Part shown: one piece after another, positions 38,995 through 48,068 of the stretch | Layout of the letters: every line of letters starts with the position of its first letter | How positions within the stretch are numbered: position 1 is the stretch's first letter | Assembly: GCA_965248925.1 (NCBI GenBank) | Contig: CBDFLE010000006.1 | Span: 2,080,001-2,144,000, forward strand | DNA: 64,000 nt | Reading direction: 5' to 3' | Source: Candidatus Multivoradales bacterium | GTDB lineage: Bacteria; Acidobacteriota; Thermoanaerobaculia; Multivoradales; J023 | Translations under genes and position numbers: made by a program | Notes under the pieces: model-generated | Database searches by the model: none | The model's input: only the letters and a program-made list of their open reading frames with translations | Told to the model about the DNA's origin: nothing

Positions 38995-40483
38995 TCAGAG
39001 TTCTGAACACCGACAACAGCAGGTCCTCTCACCACCGCAGACGCCCCCCCAGCCCTCCTCCAGCGCCAGCCGGAAGGCGGCCATCTCTTCGCCGTTGCGC
39101 ACTAGCAAGAGGTCGCCGACCAACACCGGGTGATTCCAGGTCTTGCCCTTGATGGCCGGGAATCGCGCTAGCTCGATGAAGCGACCGGGCTTGGCCGCCA
39201 CCAGCACGAGCTCGCCTTTCTCTGACAACACCAGTAGGCAGGTCGCCGTTCGCCATCAGGGCCGGCTGCACGATGCCGCTCGGCCACGAGTGCTCCCAGA
39301 GCGGCGTGCCGCCAGCCAGGGTGACACTGGTCGCACCGGCACCGCTCAGCACTACGATCTGCACGACCCCGTCGAGGATCAGAAGATGTGGCGAGCTGTA
39401 GCTCCCGGCGGTGGTGAGGTCGTAGGCGACCAGCCCGCCAGCGTAGACGATAACGACGTCGCCAATCACCAAGGGCGAGTTCGTGAAGCCCCAGTCCGGC
39501 ACCTCGGCACCGGTGTCGGCGGCCGCGTTGCGCGACCATACGACACTGCCGTCTCCGGCGACCAGAGCGTTGAGGATTCCAGTCGCACCGAGGGTGTAGA
39601 CGCGGTCACCGCTCAGGGAGGGTGTTGCCCGCGGACCGGCGCCGGCATTGGACTCCCAAAAGCGGGTCGGGTCCCGATGTCTCCACAGCGGCTCGCCGGT
39701 GGTCGCGTCGTAGCAGGAGACGACCTCGTCGTCACCGCGCTGCTCCTGGGTGAAGAGGAGGTTACCGCTCACCGCAAAGGACGACCAACCCGGTCCGATC
39801 GGCCGGCGCCACAGCTCGGCCGGCGGCGACCGAGACCAATCGGTCTCGATGCGCACATCGTGGATGATGCTATCGCGGTCGGGACCGCGAAAGCCGGGTC
39901 ATTCGACCTCGGCTTGCGCTGCTGCTAGTAGCTGGGCCTGCGCGACCGGCTCGTCATCGGCTCGAGCGAGGAGCTTCGGCTCAGCGGTCTGCGACCATCG
40001 CCAGGCCAAATCCGATCCTGTGGCGGAAACACCATCGGTCCGCAAGAGAGTCCAGACTCCGCCAGCCAGCAGGATGGCGGCGACCATCGTGGCGCGCCGC
40101 GGTCCCGGGGCGAGGTGACGGCTGAGCACCGCCCAAGCGACCAGGGCGAGACACAGGACCGGGATGGCGAGAATGTAGAACATCATCCCCATCCCGCCGG
40201 TGGCAATCGACACATGGAGGAGGCGCGAATTCACCGCCAGGAAGATGATCATCAAGGCGATGGCGGCCCAGCGCTCAAACCGAGGCGCCCGGCTGAAGAA
40301 GGCCCACCAGACGACGATAGCCAAGCCGCCGAGCAAGGCACCAATCGCCCCGTAGAGCTCGGCCTCGGGTACGATCCAGGGAATGCCAAATCTGCCCAGC
40401 CATTGCAGCAGAACAATCGTCACGCCGGGCCACAGTCGGAGCGATCTTTGCCGAGTTGCACCGTCGGTCTGCTCGATGGCCAT
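38995..40483 (-). pseudogene. PQQ-like beta-propeller (BamB-like) membrane protein, fragmented
   Basis: Three consecutive frames: a TM N-terminus (39899-40483), 'ELWRRPIGPGWSSF...GPRATP...SYSSP' (39029-39856) and '[25 protein letters not shown]' (38995-39231). Confidence 0.8.
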
Positions 40484-40913
40484 CTCCAACTCTCCCATGG
40501 GTCTGTTGCTTCTTGCCGCCGGTTCCTTCGGTGATTCCGAGGTGCGGCGACGCTCAACCCTACGCCTTGGAGACCGCGAAGTTTTCGATGCGAGACGAGT
40601 TGGCTGAGACGGCCAGGAGGCAGTCGCCAGCTCCTCCCGCGACCTCTGATCTGGGGACCAGCGCCCCATCCCCGGCAGGGTGGGCCTGGTGTGCGGGTGC
40701 TGTTTGCAGATTGCCGCCGCGCCCAAGGGTACGGTGCTACGACCCAGGTGGCACCTTTCTAGACCCTCACCGGCACCGTGGGGTGGTCCACGCCCTCAAC
40801 CTCCGGCGCCACCGCCCCGGTGAGCTACTCGAGGTGTTCGGGGACCGCCGAGCGGCGGCCGCCCGGCGGTGAGAAGAAGCCTCCTCGTCGAGCCGGGCGG
40901 CAGATATCGGTAC

Positions 40914-42008
40914 TCAGCTCGGAGAGGAGCTCGCGCTGGGAGAAAGGGGCGCCGGGTTCTTACGTTCCTGTTTGGCCCGAGTGAGCAAGACACCTTGTCC
41001 CATCTCCACCCTGCCCGGTCCGATCCGGGCTTTCAGACGCAGGGGAAAGCGAGTCGACGCCACCGCGTCGGCGAGCTCGAGTCCCAGGCTGTCCCCTTGA
41101 AACTCCACCTCGCCGGCATAGGTCGGCTGGCCGGTCGTGGAGAAGAAGCTGAGATGGGCGGTGCCATCTTTCCCGGGATCGCAGCAGATCAGATGATCCA
41201 CCGAGTAGGTCCCTGCCTCTTGCGAACGCAAGGTGAGCAATCCCAGCAGGAGGCGGCGCCGGATCAGGGGCTCGAAGCTACCTCCGAGAAACGCCTCCCG
41301 ATTCAGCAGCAGCGGTTGATCGTCGCCTCCGATCTTGATTCGGAAAGCCACGCCTGGATCGATCTCGATACCGTGGAAGGTATCGTCGAAGCTCTCCAGA
41401 ACCTCTTCGATCTCTCCCGGCCCCATGGGCTCGAGGCCAACGGGGACCAACCCTGCGCTCGGCGGTAGATCACCGCGGCTGGGCTCCACCGGCGGGATGT
41501 CCCCCTGGAGGTCAAGACGAGCCGCGATTAAAGTCCGGGCGAGGTCGGCCTGGGAGCCGACACCGGCCGGACTCCCACGCAAGGCAGCGAGGCTCTCCAG
41601 GGCCTCCTGGTCGCCAATGCGCCCCAAGGACTTGGCGATCTTGGCTTCGAGAAGACGGCTCTTGGTCGCCCGTAGAGCACGCAGCAAGACCTCTTGGACA
41701 CGAGCTCTGGGTCGGCAATGGCTGATGGCGACGGCGGCCACCGCCCGCAAGCCCTTGTCCTCGTCCTGGTTCAAGAGAACCTCCGCGAGCAATTCGCAAG
41801 CTCCCTGCGGATCGATCTTCGCCAAGAGGGCCAAGGCCTTGACCCTGGCCGCGTCCCGGATGTCCCCCTGGACCAGGCGACGCAGGAGGTCGAGGTCACT
41901 CTGGGGAAGCTCGGGAATGCGCCGTGGAGGCGTTCCATGCTTGGCGTCGATCAATGACATGAGCTCCTTGGTAGCGCCCAACTCCACTAGCAGTTTTTCT
42001 TTGGCCAT
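40914..42008 (-). CDS. HEAT-repeat domain protein with an unknown beta-rich C-terminal domain
   Basis: 'RVKALALLAKI', 'LRAVAAVAISH', 'KIAKSLGRIGDQEALESL'; AGGAGG RBS. Confidence 0.75.
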   Translation of the reverse strand: MAKEKLLVELGATKELMSLIDAKHGTPPRRIPELPQSDLDLLRRLVQGDIRDAARVKALALLAKIDPQGACELLAEVLLNQDEDKGLRAVAAVAISHCRPRARVQEVLLRALRATKSRLLEAKIAKSLGRIGDQEALESLAALRGSPAGVGSQADLARTLIAARLDLQGDIPPVEPSRGDLPPSAGLVPVGLEPMGPGEIEEVLESFDDTFHGIEIDPGVAFRIKIGGDDQPLLLNREAFLGGSFEPLIRRRLLLGLLTLRSQEAGTYSVDHLICCDPGKDGTAHLSFFSTTGQPTYAGEVEFQGDSLGLELADAVASTRFPLRLKARIGPGRVEMGQGVLLTRAKQERKNPAPLSPSASSSPS

Positions 42009-42016
42009 GATGCCTC

Positions 42017-42688
42017 CTAGCAGACGTCGCGGACGTATCCGTGCTGTTTCATGGTGTTGCCCTGGCCACTGGAAATTCCAGTATTGCTATTGGAGCTGCC
42101 GTTGCCACCGATGAAGTTGGTATTCGAGGAGACATGCTCCAGGCCCAGGTAGTGGGCGATCTCGTGGGCCATGGTGTTCCCCGAGTTGTTGAACGAGCCG
42201 TTCAGGGAGACCACTGAGCCGGTCATGTTCTTGGCGTCCTTGTCGGGGTCGCCATCGACCGCCGACCAGCCGTCGGCACCGTTCATGTTGCGCACCACGA
42301 AGACGTCGAGAAAGCTGTTGTTGACCGTCCAATCGTGGGTGAGGTCCCTGGCCTCACCTACAGAATCGATGGTGCGGTGGCTGCCCGCCTGGGCGTTGGT
42401 GATGTGCCACCAGAGGACCCGGCGGATGCCAATATCCACATCGTCGTAGATCTCCCGGGCGAATTGAATCGCGTTTTCGATCTCATTGTTGTTGGTATCC
42501 GTGAAGTCCTCCAGCCCTACTTTGATGATGTTGATACCCAAGCTCTCCCCCTGGCAGAGTTCGAGCTGACGTTTCAGAGAGAGGTCGCGACCCGGCCCGC
42601 CGTGGGCGAAGCCGAAGAAATCTCTTCGTACCCTGAACGGGGTCGAGGCCCCGACGCAGCTAGCGATGGATTTGAGACTCAGAGCCAT
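42017..42688 (-). CDS. Metzincin-type zinc metalloprotease with no signal peptide
   Basis: HExxHxxGxxH motif 'AHEIAHYLGLEH'; AAGGAG RBS. Confidence 0.8.
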   Translation of the reverse strand: MALSLKSIASCVGASTPFRVRRDFFGFAHGGPGRDLSLKRQLELCQGESLGINIIKVGLEDFTDTNNNEIENAIQFAREIYDDVDIGIRRVLWWHITNAQAGSHRTIDSVGEARDLTHDWTVNNSFLDVFVVRNMNGADGWSAVDGDPDKDAKNMTGSVVSLNGSFNNSGNTMAHEIAHYLGLEHVSSNTNFIGGNGSSNSNTGISSGQGNTMKQHGYVRDVC

Positions 42689-42706
42689 GGTTGTTCTCCT
42701 TTAGTC

Positions 42707-43684
42707 CTATTGCAGGCCGACGAGGAGGGGAACCATGCCCTTGCCGGCAGCGAGCGGCCGAAGGGCCTTGCCGAGTACCGCGCCAAATGCCTTGGCGGGA
42801 TCCTCGGCACGCATGGCATACCCGGCGGTGGGAGACGTGGTCAGCAGATCTCCCACCCGAATGGGGCAGAGGTCGGCATCGACCTGGCAGAAAACCTTGC
42901 CGACCAAGGCGATGGGCAGGCGCCCCTCCCTGCTGGCCTGGCGATCGAGCACCAGACCCGGCTGATAGTCGCCAGCACCCGAGATCACTCCGGCGACCCG
43001 GCGATCGTAGGCCTTCGTACAAAGATCCATCCGCCCTTCGTCGTCGATTACCATGACGGCTCCGGCAGCGGTCTGCGCAATGTTGGCGATATCAAAGTCC
43101 TCGGCGCAGTCGGCATTGCGCAAGGTGATGTCGCCGGCCTGACCGTCGAGATGGATGGTCGCCTCGCTGAAACCGTCGTCATTGGACTTGTTGGTCGGGT
43201 AGAGGGCGATGTCGCCGTCCGTGCCGTTTCCTCCCAGGCGCAGGTTGCCTTCCTCACCGTTCAGATGCACGGTGGCCTGGGACTCGTTGCGGGCCGTGGC
43301 CTCCCTGGCAAAGAGAAAGATATCGCCGTCGGTGCCGTTGGCGCCCATCCACAGGTTGGCTTCGTCACCGTCGATGTGGACCGAATCGCTTCCGGTGGAT
43401 CTACGCAGGATGATGTCGCCGTCTTTGCCTCCGCCGCCCGCCACTAGATTACCATTGCGGCCGAGCTCGATGATCACGTCGCCCGTGGCGCTCTTGATCT
43501 TGAGATTTCCTTCGTCGGCCCCCAACTCGACGCGGGTGTTCCCGGAACCGTCTTTGAGAATGAGATCTCCATCGACGCCATTGCCTCCCAGAATGGCGTT
43601 ACCGTTGTGGCTTTCTAGCTTGAGGGTGATTTGGTTGGTGCCGGTCTTCTCGATATTTACCGTGCCTTCGAACGTTTCGGACAT
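42707..43684 (-). CDS. Tail-fibre-like Gly-rich repeat protein with a C-terminal intramolecular-chaperone (peptidase G2-like) domain
   Basis: Repeats of 'HLNGEEGNLRLGGNGTDGDI'; C-terminal 'ADCAEDF...AYDRRVAGVIS...PIALVGKVFCQVDA..PIRVGDLLTTS..GYAM..GAVLGKAL'. Confidence 0.72.
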   Translation of the reverse strand: MSETFEGTVNIEKTGTNQITLKLESHNGNAILGGNGVDGDLILKDGSGNTRVELGADEGNLKIKSATGDVIIELGRNGNLVAGGGGKDGDIILRRSTGSDSVHIDGDEANLWMGANGTDGDIFLFAREATARNESQATVHLNGEEGNLRLGGNGTDGDIALYPTNKSNDDGFSEATIHLDGQAGDITLRNADCAEDFDIANIAQTAAGAVMVIDDEGRMDLCTKAYDRRVAGVISGAGDYQPGLVLDRQASREGRLPIALVGKVFCQVDADLCPIRVGDLLTTSPTAGYAMRAEDPAKAFGAVLGKALRPLAAGKGMVPLLVGLQ

Positions 43685-43740
43685 AGGACATGACTCCTTG
43701 GTGGTACTTGTCCAGTGATTAGTTGCGTGCTTGCCTCTAG

Positions 43741-43757
43741 AGCAACGCTTGTGCCAA
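43741..43757 (-). promoter_or_regulatory. Sigma-54 -24/-12 promoter
   Basis: The minus strand reads TTGGCAC-AAGCG-TTGCT, matching the TGGCAC-N5-TTGC consensus, about 57 bp upstream of ATG 43684. Confidence 0.8.
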
Positions 43758-44059
43758 ACCGGGTCCCGAGACCCGCGCTCGACCTTCTTGTATCTTCCAA
43801 ACTGAACAAAACAATAGCCTCAAATGTCCTGTTCCCGCGCCGAGCCATCCTGCATCAGCGGCTGCAAGTGTCCCAGCTGAGCACGGGGAACTGGGAACGG
43901 GCTGCCAACCCCGCCCACTTTGTTGGCTGTCCTTCGCCAACAACCTTCTCCACCCGCTGTTTCGGCGATCTACGGCCCATTCACCAGCCCTATCCTCTCG
44001 ACCGGCACAACCGACGGTAAGCCAGCGCGATCACCTGGCTGGCGGCGTTGGTCGACAGA

Positions 44060-44182
44060 GCAGTAGCGCGCGCAGAGCTCAGCCAACGCCGCCCGGGAAC
44101 CCTCCGAGCCGCCTTCGCCGGAGGCCGGCATCAGGCCCCACCGGGTGGTAGCAAAGGCCGACGACCGCAGCGATGAGCCATC
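44060..44182 (-). pseudogene. N-terminal remnant of an ECF-type sigma factor
   Basis: 'SSAFATTRWGLM...SRAALAELCARY' resembles the FxTTxWS...ALxxLCxxYW start of a planctomycete-type ECF group. Confidence 0.5.
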
Positions 44183-44211
44183 TTTCTCGGTGCCAGACAC
44201 TTGTCGAACGG
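44183..44211 (+). repeat. 29-bp direct repeat of 49083-49111 (1 mismatch)
   Basis: tttctcggtgccagacacttgtcgaacgg versus tttctcggtgccagacacttatcgaacgg. Confidence 0.85.
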
Positions 44212-44460
44212 AACTATTCGGAATTTCCGAATAGTTGCCTCCGGATCGACCTCACCCTCAGCGTAAATACCAGCTATATGTTGGTTTACGGTCGATACTG
44301 CGATCTGGAACAGCTCTGCCATGTGTCGCTGTGACAGCCAGGCACTGTGCCCTACCAGACGAACCTGGAGGCGCAGGGAGTCCTCGTGGTAGATGACGAT
44401 TTGACCCGCGGACTCCCCACCCACCGGGGTTGCCCCAGGGCTGCTCGGGTCAGTTGGCAT
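44212..44460 (-). pseudogene. Truncated RhuM/virulence-protein family gene
   Basis: 'GQIVIY...WLSQRHMAELFQIAVSTVNQHIAGIYAEGEV.PEATIRKFRIV' followed by an abrupt junction. Confidence 0.72.
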
Positions 44461-44626
44461 AGTCGAGCCCTCCCGGAGCTTCGCGGATCCCCTTATTGAG
44501 GCGCTCGGACTCATCGAAGTGCTGCTCAAACTCCACCAGCGAGATTGGCCACTCCTCCGCCAGCGGAGCCCGGCTCTTCTCAGCCGGGGTCAGCCGGGAT
44601 TTGCTGGTCAAGGTGGCCATCGACAT
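44450..44626 (-). pseudogene. Chimeric 58-aa ORF: AbrB-type N-terminus fused to an HsdM-like C-terminal tail
   Basis: MSMATLTSKSRLTP-AEKSRAPLAEEWPISLVEFEQHFDESERLNKGIREAPGGLDYAN*. Confidence 0.45.
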
Positions 44627-44677
44627 GTCCTCCCGGTACCACCTCCACTCCTACTGGTCTCCGGGGGCTGAAGCTCG
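44588..44677 (+). repeat. 90-bp diverged direct repeat, with its partner at 47898-47987
   Basis: Gapless alignment at offset 3310, 72/90 identical by manual count; covers the abrB-like start and its upstream region. Confidence 0.85.
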
Positions 44678-45003
44678 GCCGTCAACAAAAACAGCCCGCT
44701 GAGGGAATCCTGAACCTGTGGAAAACCAGCCCCCCTCTTCCCCCAACCGCTGGCGGCGAGCCTGCACATTTCTAATTGTCGCCTGTGCACAGAAGTAGTT
44801 GACGTCAGGGGACTACCCCTGTCGCAAGCGGCTCACCGCTTGACGATACGCCTTGGCAAAAAGGCAATAGGCATCCTACTAAGCGGGGCGCTCCTAGTGC
44901 TTGTGGGAAAACGCGGCGGCTGGCTGGTCAAGACTTTCCGGCAGACTATCGATGCCGAAGAGGGTGGCACCACGGTCGGCCAGTTCGGCGTCGCAGATGG
45001 CTC

Positions 45004-46236
45004 CTAACATACGACATCGACCTGGCAATTCGGGGCTTCACCACTGAGCCTAAGAATTGACCAGCCAAAACGATGGTACCTATCCGCGAGGCGCGGTTCA
45101 ACGGTAGAGAATACGACTTGAAAATTCACCTCTCGCGAAAGAAAGAAACTCACATACTTCTCTAGGTTAGTCGAATCAAAATGTAGAACTGCCAGATTGA
45201 TCAATAAGAGCGTGGGCATCACTTTTGCGGTCAAACTCGCCATGGCAATTTGCATTTCCAATACGGATCGCGAGGCCATGCTGCCGGAAATCATATGGAT
45301 GGAAACTCCATCTTTCCAATTAAGATCATCACCCAATATTCGACGGGTAGCGCCATGAGAATCCACTCGCAGTCGAACATAAGTGCTAGAAACATATCTT
45401 CCGACTTGCGGCAGCAACCTGGGGACTACCAGAGGATTGACGTCCATATACTCAGCCAGCAGGTCAACATCGTCTAGCTCATCTTCCCACGAACTACCGG
45501 CCTCATCTCTTTTCCGTTTCAGAAACGACTCAAACATCTGAAGCATCAAGTGCCTCTCGTAATTGACAATCTCCATTGGTATCGGATTGAAGAGCACGTC
45601 TTCCCCATTCAAGAAGAACCTAAGCTCCTCAGAGTCGCGATACACGCGAACCATCTTTCTTGCGTATGCGTAAAAGGAAGCTGAGTATTCAACAGGCGCC
45701 GTCTTGCTCTTGTGAGCAGAGTCGTATGGCTGACTGCTCACGCCGAGCTGATCGACCCAGCGGAAGATTGTACTCTTGCCCGTTGCATTCTTGCCCACCA
45801 GCAACGTTACCTTACTTAGAGGGACAACCGTGTTGGTCACGAATACCGGATTCTCTCCGATTTCGAGCTTCTCGAGGCGATGAAGGGGAAGCCCTTCATT
45901 CTCAGCTGCGATCCGGGCCTCATGCTCATCGCGGAAGCTGCGTAGCAATCTGGCTGGGAACTTGTCGCCCCGATTGGCATCAACGACTCGGGCATGCAGG
46001 GCACATAGCCATATCCCGTTCTCTACGGATTGTCGCTCGTCCCCTGACAAGCCTCCCGCACCACGGGGGCCATCTGCAGATGCGCTAAAAATATGAGACG
46101 CTGACCCGGTCATCGACGAATCACCAGAGCCTGCTCCAGGGCCAATAGTAATCTTATCGCAACCCGAGAATGCGCAACGGTAGCCCGAGCGGGCGGCTAT
46201 CTTGCGCCTCGTTCCTGCGTCGAATTTTGCGGCCAT
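45004..46236 (-). CDS. HNH endonuclease fused to an ABC/SMC-like P-loop ATPase domain
   Basis: 'RSGYRCAFSGC...ASHI...GPRG...ENGIWLCALHARVVD'; Walker A 'LLVGKNATGKST'; composition visibly more AT-rich than the flanks. Confidence 0.78.
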   Translation of the reverse strand: MAAKFDAGTRRKIAARSGYRCAFSGCDKITIGPGAGSGDSSMTGSASHIFSASADGPRGAGGLSGDERQSVENGIWLCALHARVVDANRGDKFPARLLRSFRDEHEARIAAENEGLPLHRLEKLEIGENPVFVTNTVVPLSKVTLLVGKNATGKSTIFRWVDQLGVSSQPYDSAHKSKTAPVEYSASFYAYARKMVRVYRDSEELRFFLNGEDVLFNPIPMEIVNYERHLMLQMFESFLKRKRDEAGSSWEDELDDVDLLAEYMDVNPLVVPRLLPQVGRYVSSTYVRLRVDSHGATRRILGDDLNWKDGVSIHMISGSMASRSVLEMQIAMASLTAKVMPTLLLINLAVLHFDSTNLEKYVSFFLSREVNFQVVFSTVEPRLADRYHRFGWSILRLSGEAPNCQVDVVC

Positions 46237-46267
46237 TACCTATTCCCGTTCTCACGGACGGCGGATA

Positions 46268-46807
46268 TCAGGTAACCAGATCACTCAAGAGACGGTAGAC
46301 AGCCCACAGAAGTACGGCAGCCTGAACAACCACGACGAAGCCCTGAATCTGAGCCCACTTCACAAAGCTACGTGCTGACGCAGCAAAGTCACCCGACTGA
46401 GCCTTCGCCAAGCTACGCCTTACAAACCACTTGAGCGGTGGAAACATTGCCTTCTCCAACTCTCCAAAAACTATCTTGAAGTCGAGATCGAACTCAGCAA
46501 ACTTCTCACCGATCTCACGCCCAGCGGCGGAAGCTTCGGCTGCGCCTCGAAGTACTGTGGCAATGTACTTCTCGACAAGTCCAAGCACCACTGCGATCAA
46601 GAACAGCCTACCGGCTGCCCTCAAGGCAATGACGGGCAAGTGTGCCTGAAGCGAGCCCACATTGCTGATAAGGAATACCAGGGCCGCCGCGAATCCCCCC
46701 AGCAGCCAACTTGAGAAGCTATCCAGCGAAGCACTGCACTTGCCTGCCGCCTCCGATAGGAGTGCGCTCGCCAAGACCTTCTCGTGTACGTCCTCAGTGT
46801 CGCTCAT
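46268..46807 (-). CDS. Hypothetical membrane protein (about 3 TM helices)
   Basis: Hydrophobic segments 'WLLGGFAAALVFLI', 'LFLIAVVLGLV', 'GFVVVVQAAVLLWAV'; GGAG RBS. Confidence 0.7.
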   Translation of the reverse strand: MSDTEDVHEKVLASALLSEAAGKCSASLDSFSSWLLGGFAAALVFLISNVGSLQAHLPVIALRAAGRLFLIAVVLGLVEKYIATVLRGAAEASAAGREIGEKFAEFDLDFKIVFGELEKAMFPPLKWFVRRSLAKAQSGDFAASARSFVKWAQIQGFVVVVQAAVLLWAVYRLLSDLVT

Positions 46808-46966
46808 GGTTCAGATGCCCTTTCTCCGCCCAACGTCGAGTTCCGCTCCTGAAGGCACCAGCCGCTTGGTACCGAGTACGAGGTGAGTGGTACCCTACCC
46901 CCTTCTTCTGGTGCCGGACTGGCGGCTCGGAGTGTGGTTCACACGAGAGAACAGGCTGCGCCAGGA

Positions 46967-47203
46967 TCAGAGACAATCCCGTTTATCGGGCTCCACGTCA
47001 GGAGCCTTCTCTAGAACCGCCAACAACTTTTCTCGGCTGCCGCGCTTGGCCCGCTCCCTCAGGTAGTCAACCGTCCTGAGCGTCGCAACTTTCTCCGCCA
47101 CCGCCATAGTGACGAAATGGTCCATCGAGACGCCCTCCTGTGTTGCGACAGTCGCCGCTTGCTCGTGGAGTGACTCGGAGAGGTGTACGCTAATTCTGCT
47201 CAT
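46967..47203 (-). CDS. CopG/HicB-like ribbon-helix-helix antitoxin
   Basis: 'ISVHLSESLHEQAATVATQEGVSMDHFVTMAVAEK'; ATGA overlap with the PIN gene. Confidence 0.82.
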   Translation of the reverse strand: MSRISVHLSESLHEQAATVATQEGVSMDHFVTMAVAEKVATLRTVDYLRERAKRGSREKLLAVLEKAPDVEPDKRDCL

Positions 47204-47636
47204 GGGACGACTCCTATTGTGTGCAGCAGCTGCCCAGGTGTGACGATAGCGACCCCGAACTTCTCGGAGCCCCTGAAGTCACGTTGATTGTATGTCACGA
47301 CGTAACCACACTGGGCCTTTACGGCCAGTTCCAGAAGAAGCTCGTCTTTGGGGTCGCGGAGGAAGGGGCGCCAGAGGAAGAAGATCTCGTGAGGCGCCGC
47401 GAGCGCGCAAATGGCGTCGATCAAGTCGCCGACATCCTCTGGCGTGAGGCCAAGCTCCGGTGCTGCCGCAGTAGCACGTCTTCGTATTCGAGAACCAGCG
47501 GCACTGACATGTGGACCTCGAATAGGCCGGTACCGATCAGGGAGAGCAGCTTCGATGCCGCGCCTCGGCGAGAGCGCTGGGCCGAGATGATGACATTGGT
47601 ATCGATAACGATCTGAGGTGTGGACACCTTGGACAT
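47200..47636 (-). pseudogene. PIN-family toxin, frameshifted
   Basis: 'IVIDTNVIISA...SVPLVLEYEDVL' and 'WRPFLRDPKDELLLELAV...VVTYNQRDF' are in different frames. Confidence 0.8.
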
Positions 47637-47663
47637 CTTGGTCAGCCTCAGCTTCGGAAGCAT

Positions 47664-47936
47664 TCAGTCAACCAACTCGCAGGGGGCGCCCAGCTGGTGA
47701 TTCGCCGGCAGCACCCCGGCGAATCGCCTCGTCGAGTTCTTCCTCGCTCCGCGCCCGCTCCTCGGGGCCGAAAAGACCCCGTGCGTCGCAAGATCAAGGG
47801 TGGCAGCCTCTACCCACACCCGGCCGGATGGGCCTTTGCGGAATTCCAGCCGGTCCCCCCGATGCACTCCGAGATGTTCCCGGATCTCTTTGGGCAAGGT
47901 CAGCTGGGCTTTGCTGGTCAAGGTAGCTATCGACAT
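47664..47936 (-). CDS. AbrB/MazE/SpoVT family antitoxin-like protein; C-terminus probably damaged, no toxin
   Basis: 'ATLTSKAQLTLPKEIREHLGVHRGDRLEF'. Confidence 0.72.
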   Translation of the reverse strand: MSIATLTSKAQLTLPKEIREHLGVHRGDRLEFRKGPSGRVWVEAATLDLATHGVFSAPRSGRGARKNSTRRFAGVLPANHQLGAPCELVD

Positions 47937-48068
47937 CTCCCTACGATATCACCTCCATCCTTACCTGTCGCCGGGAGCTGAAGCCCGAGACTACCGACGA
48001 GATCACCAGCCACCCGGCAGCACTTCTCACGACGCCTGTCGGGGAATCTGCCCTCCATCTGCCGCGGA

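Noticed and set aside
40914-43684. Prophage, suggested by the tail-fibre-like gene
   Set aside because: No integrase, terminase, capsid or tail genes are present, and the operon has a host-type sigma-54 promoter.
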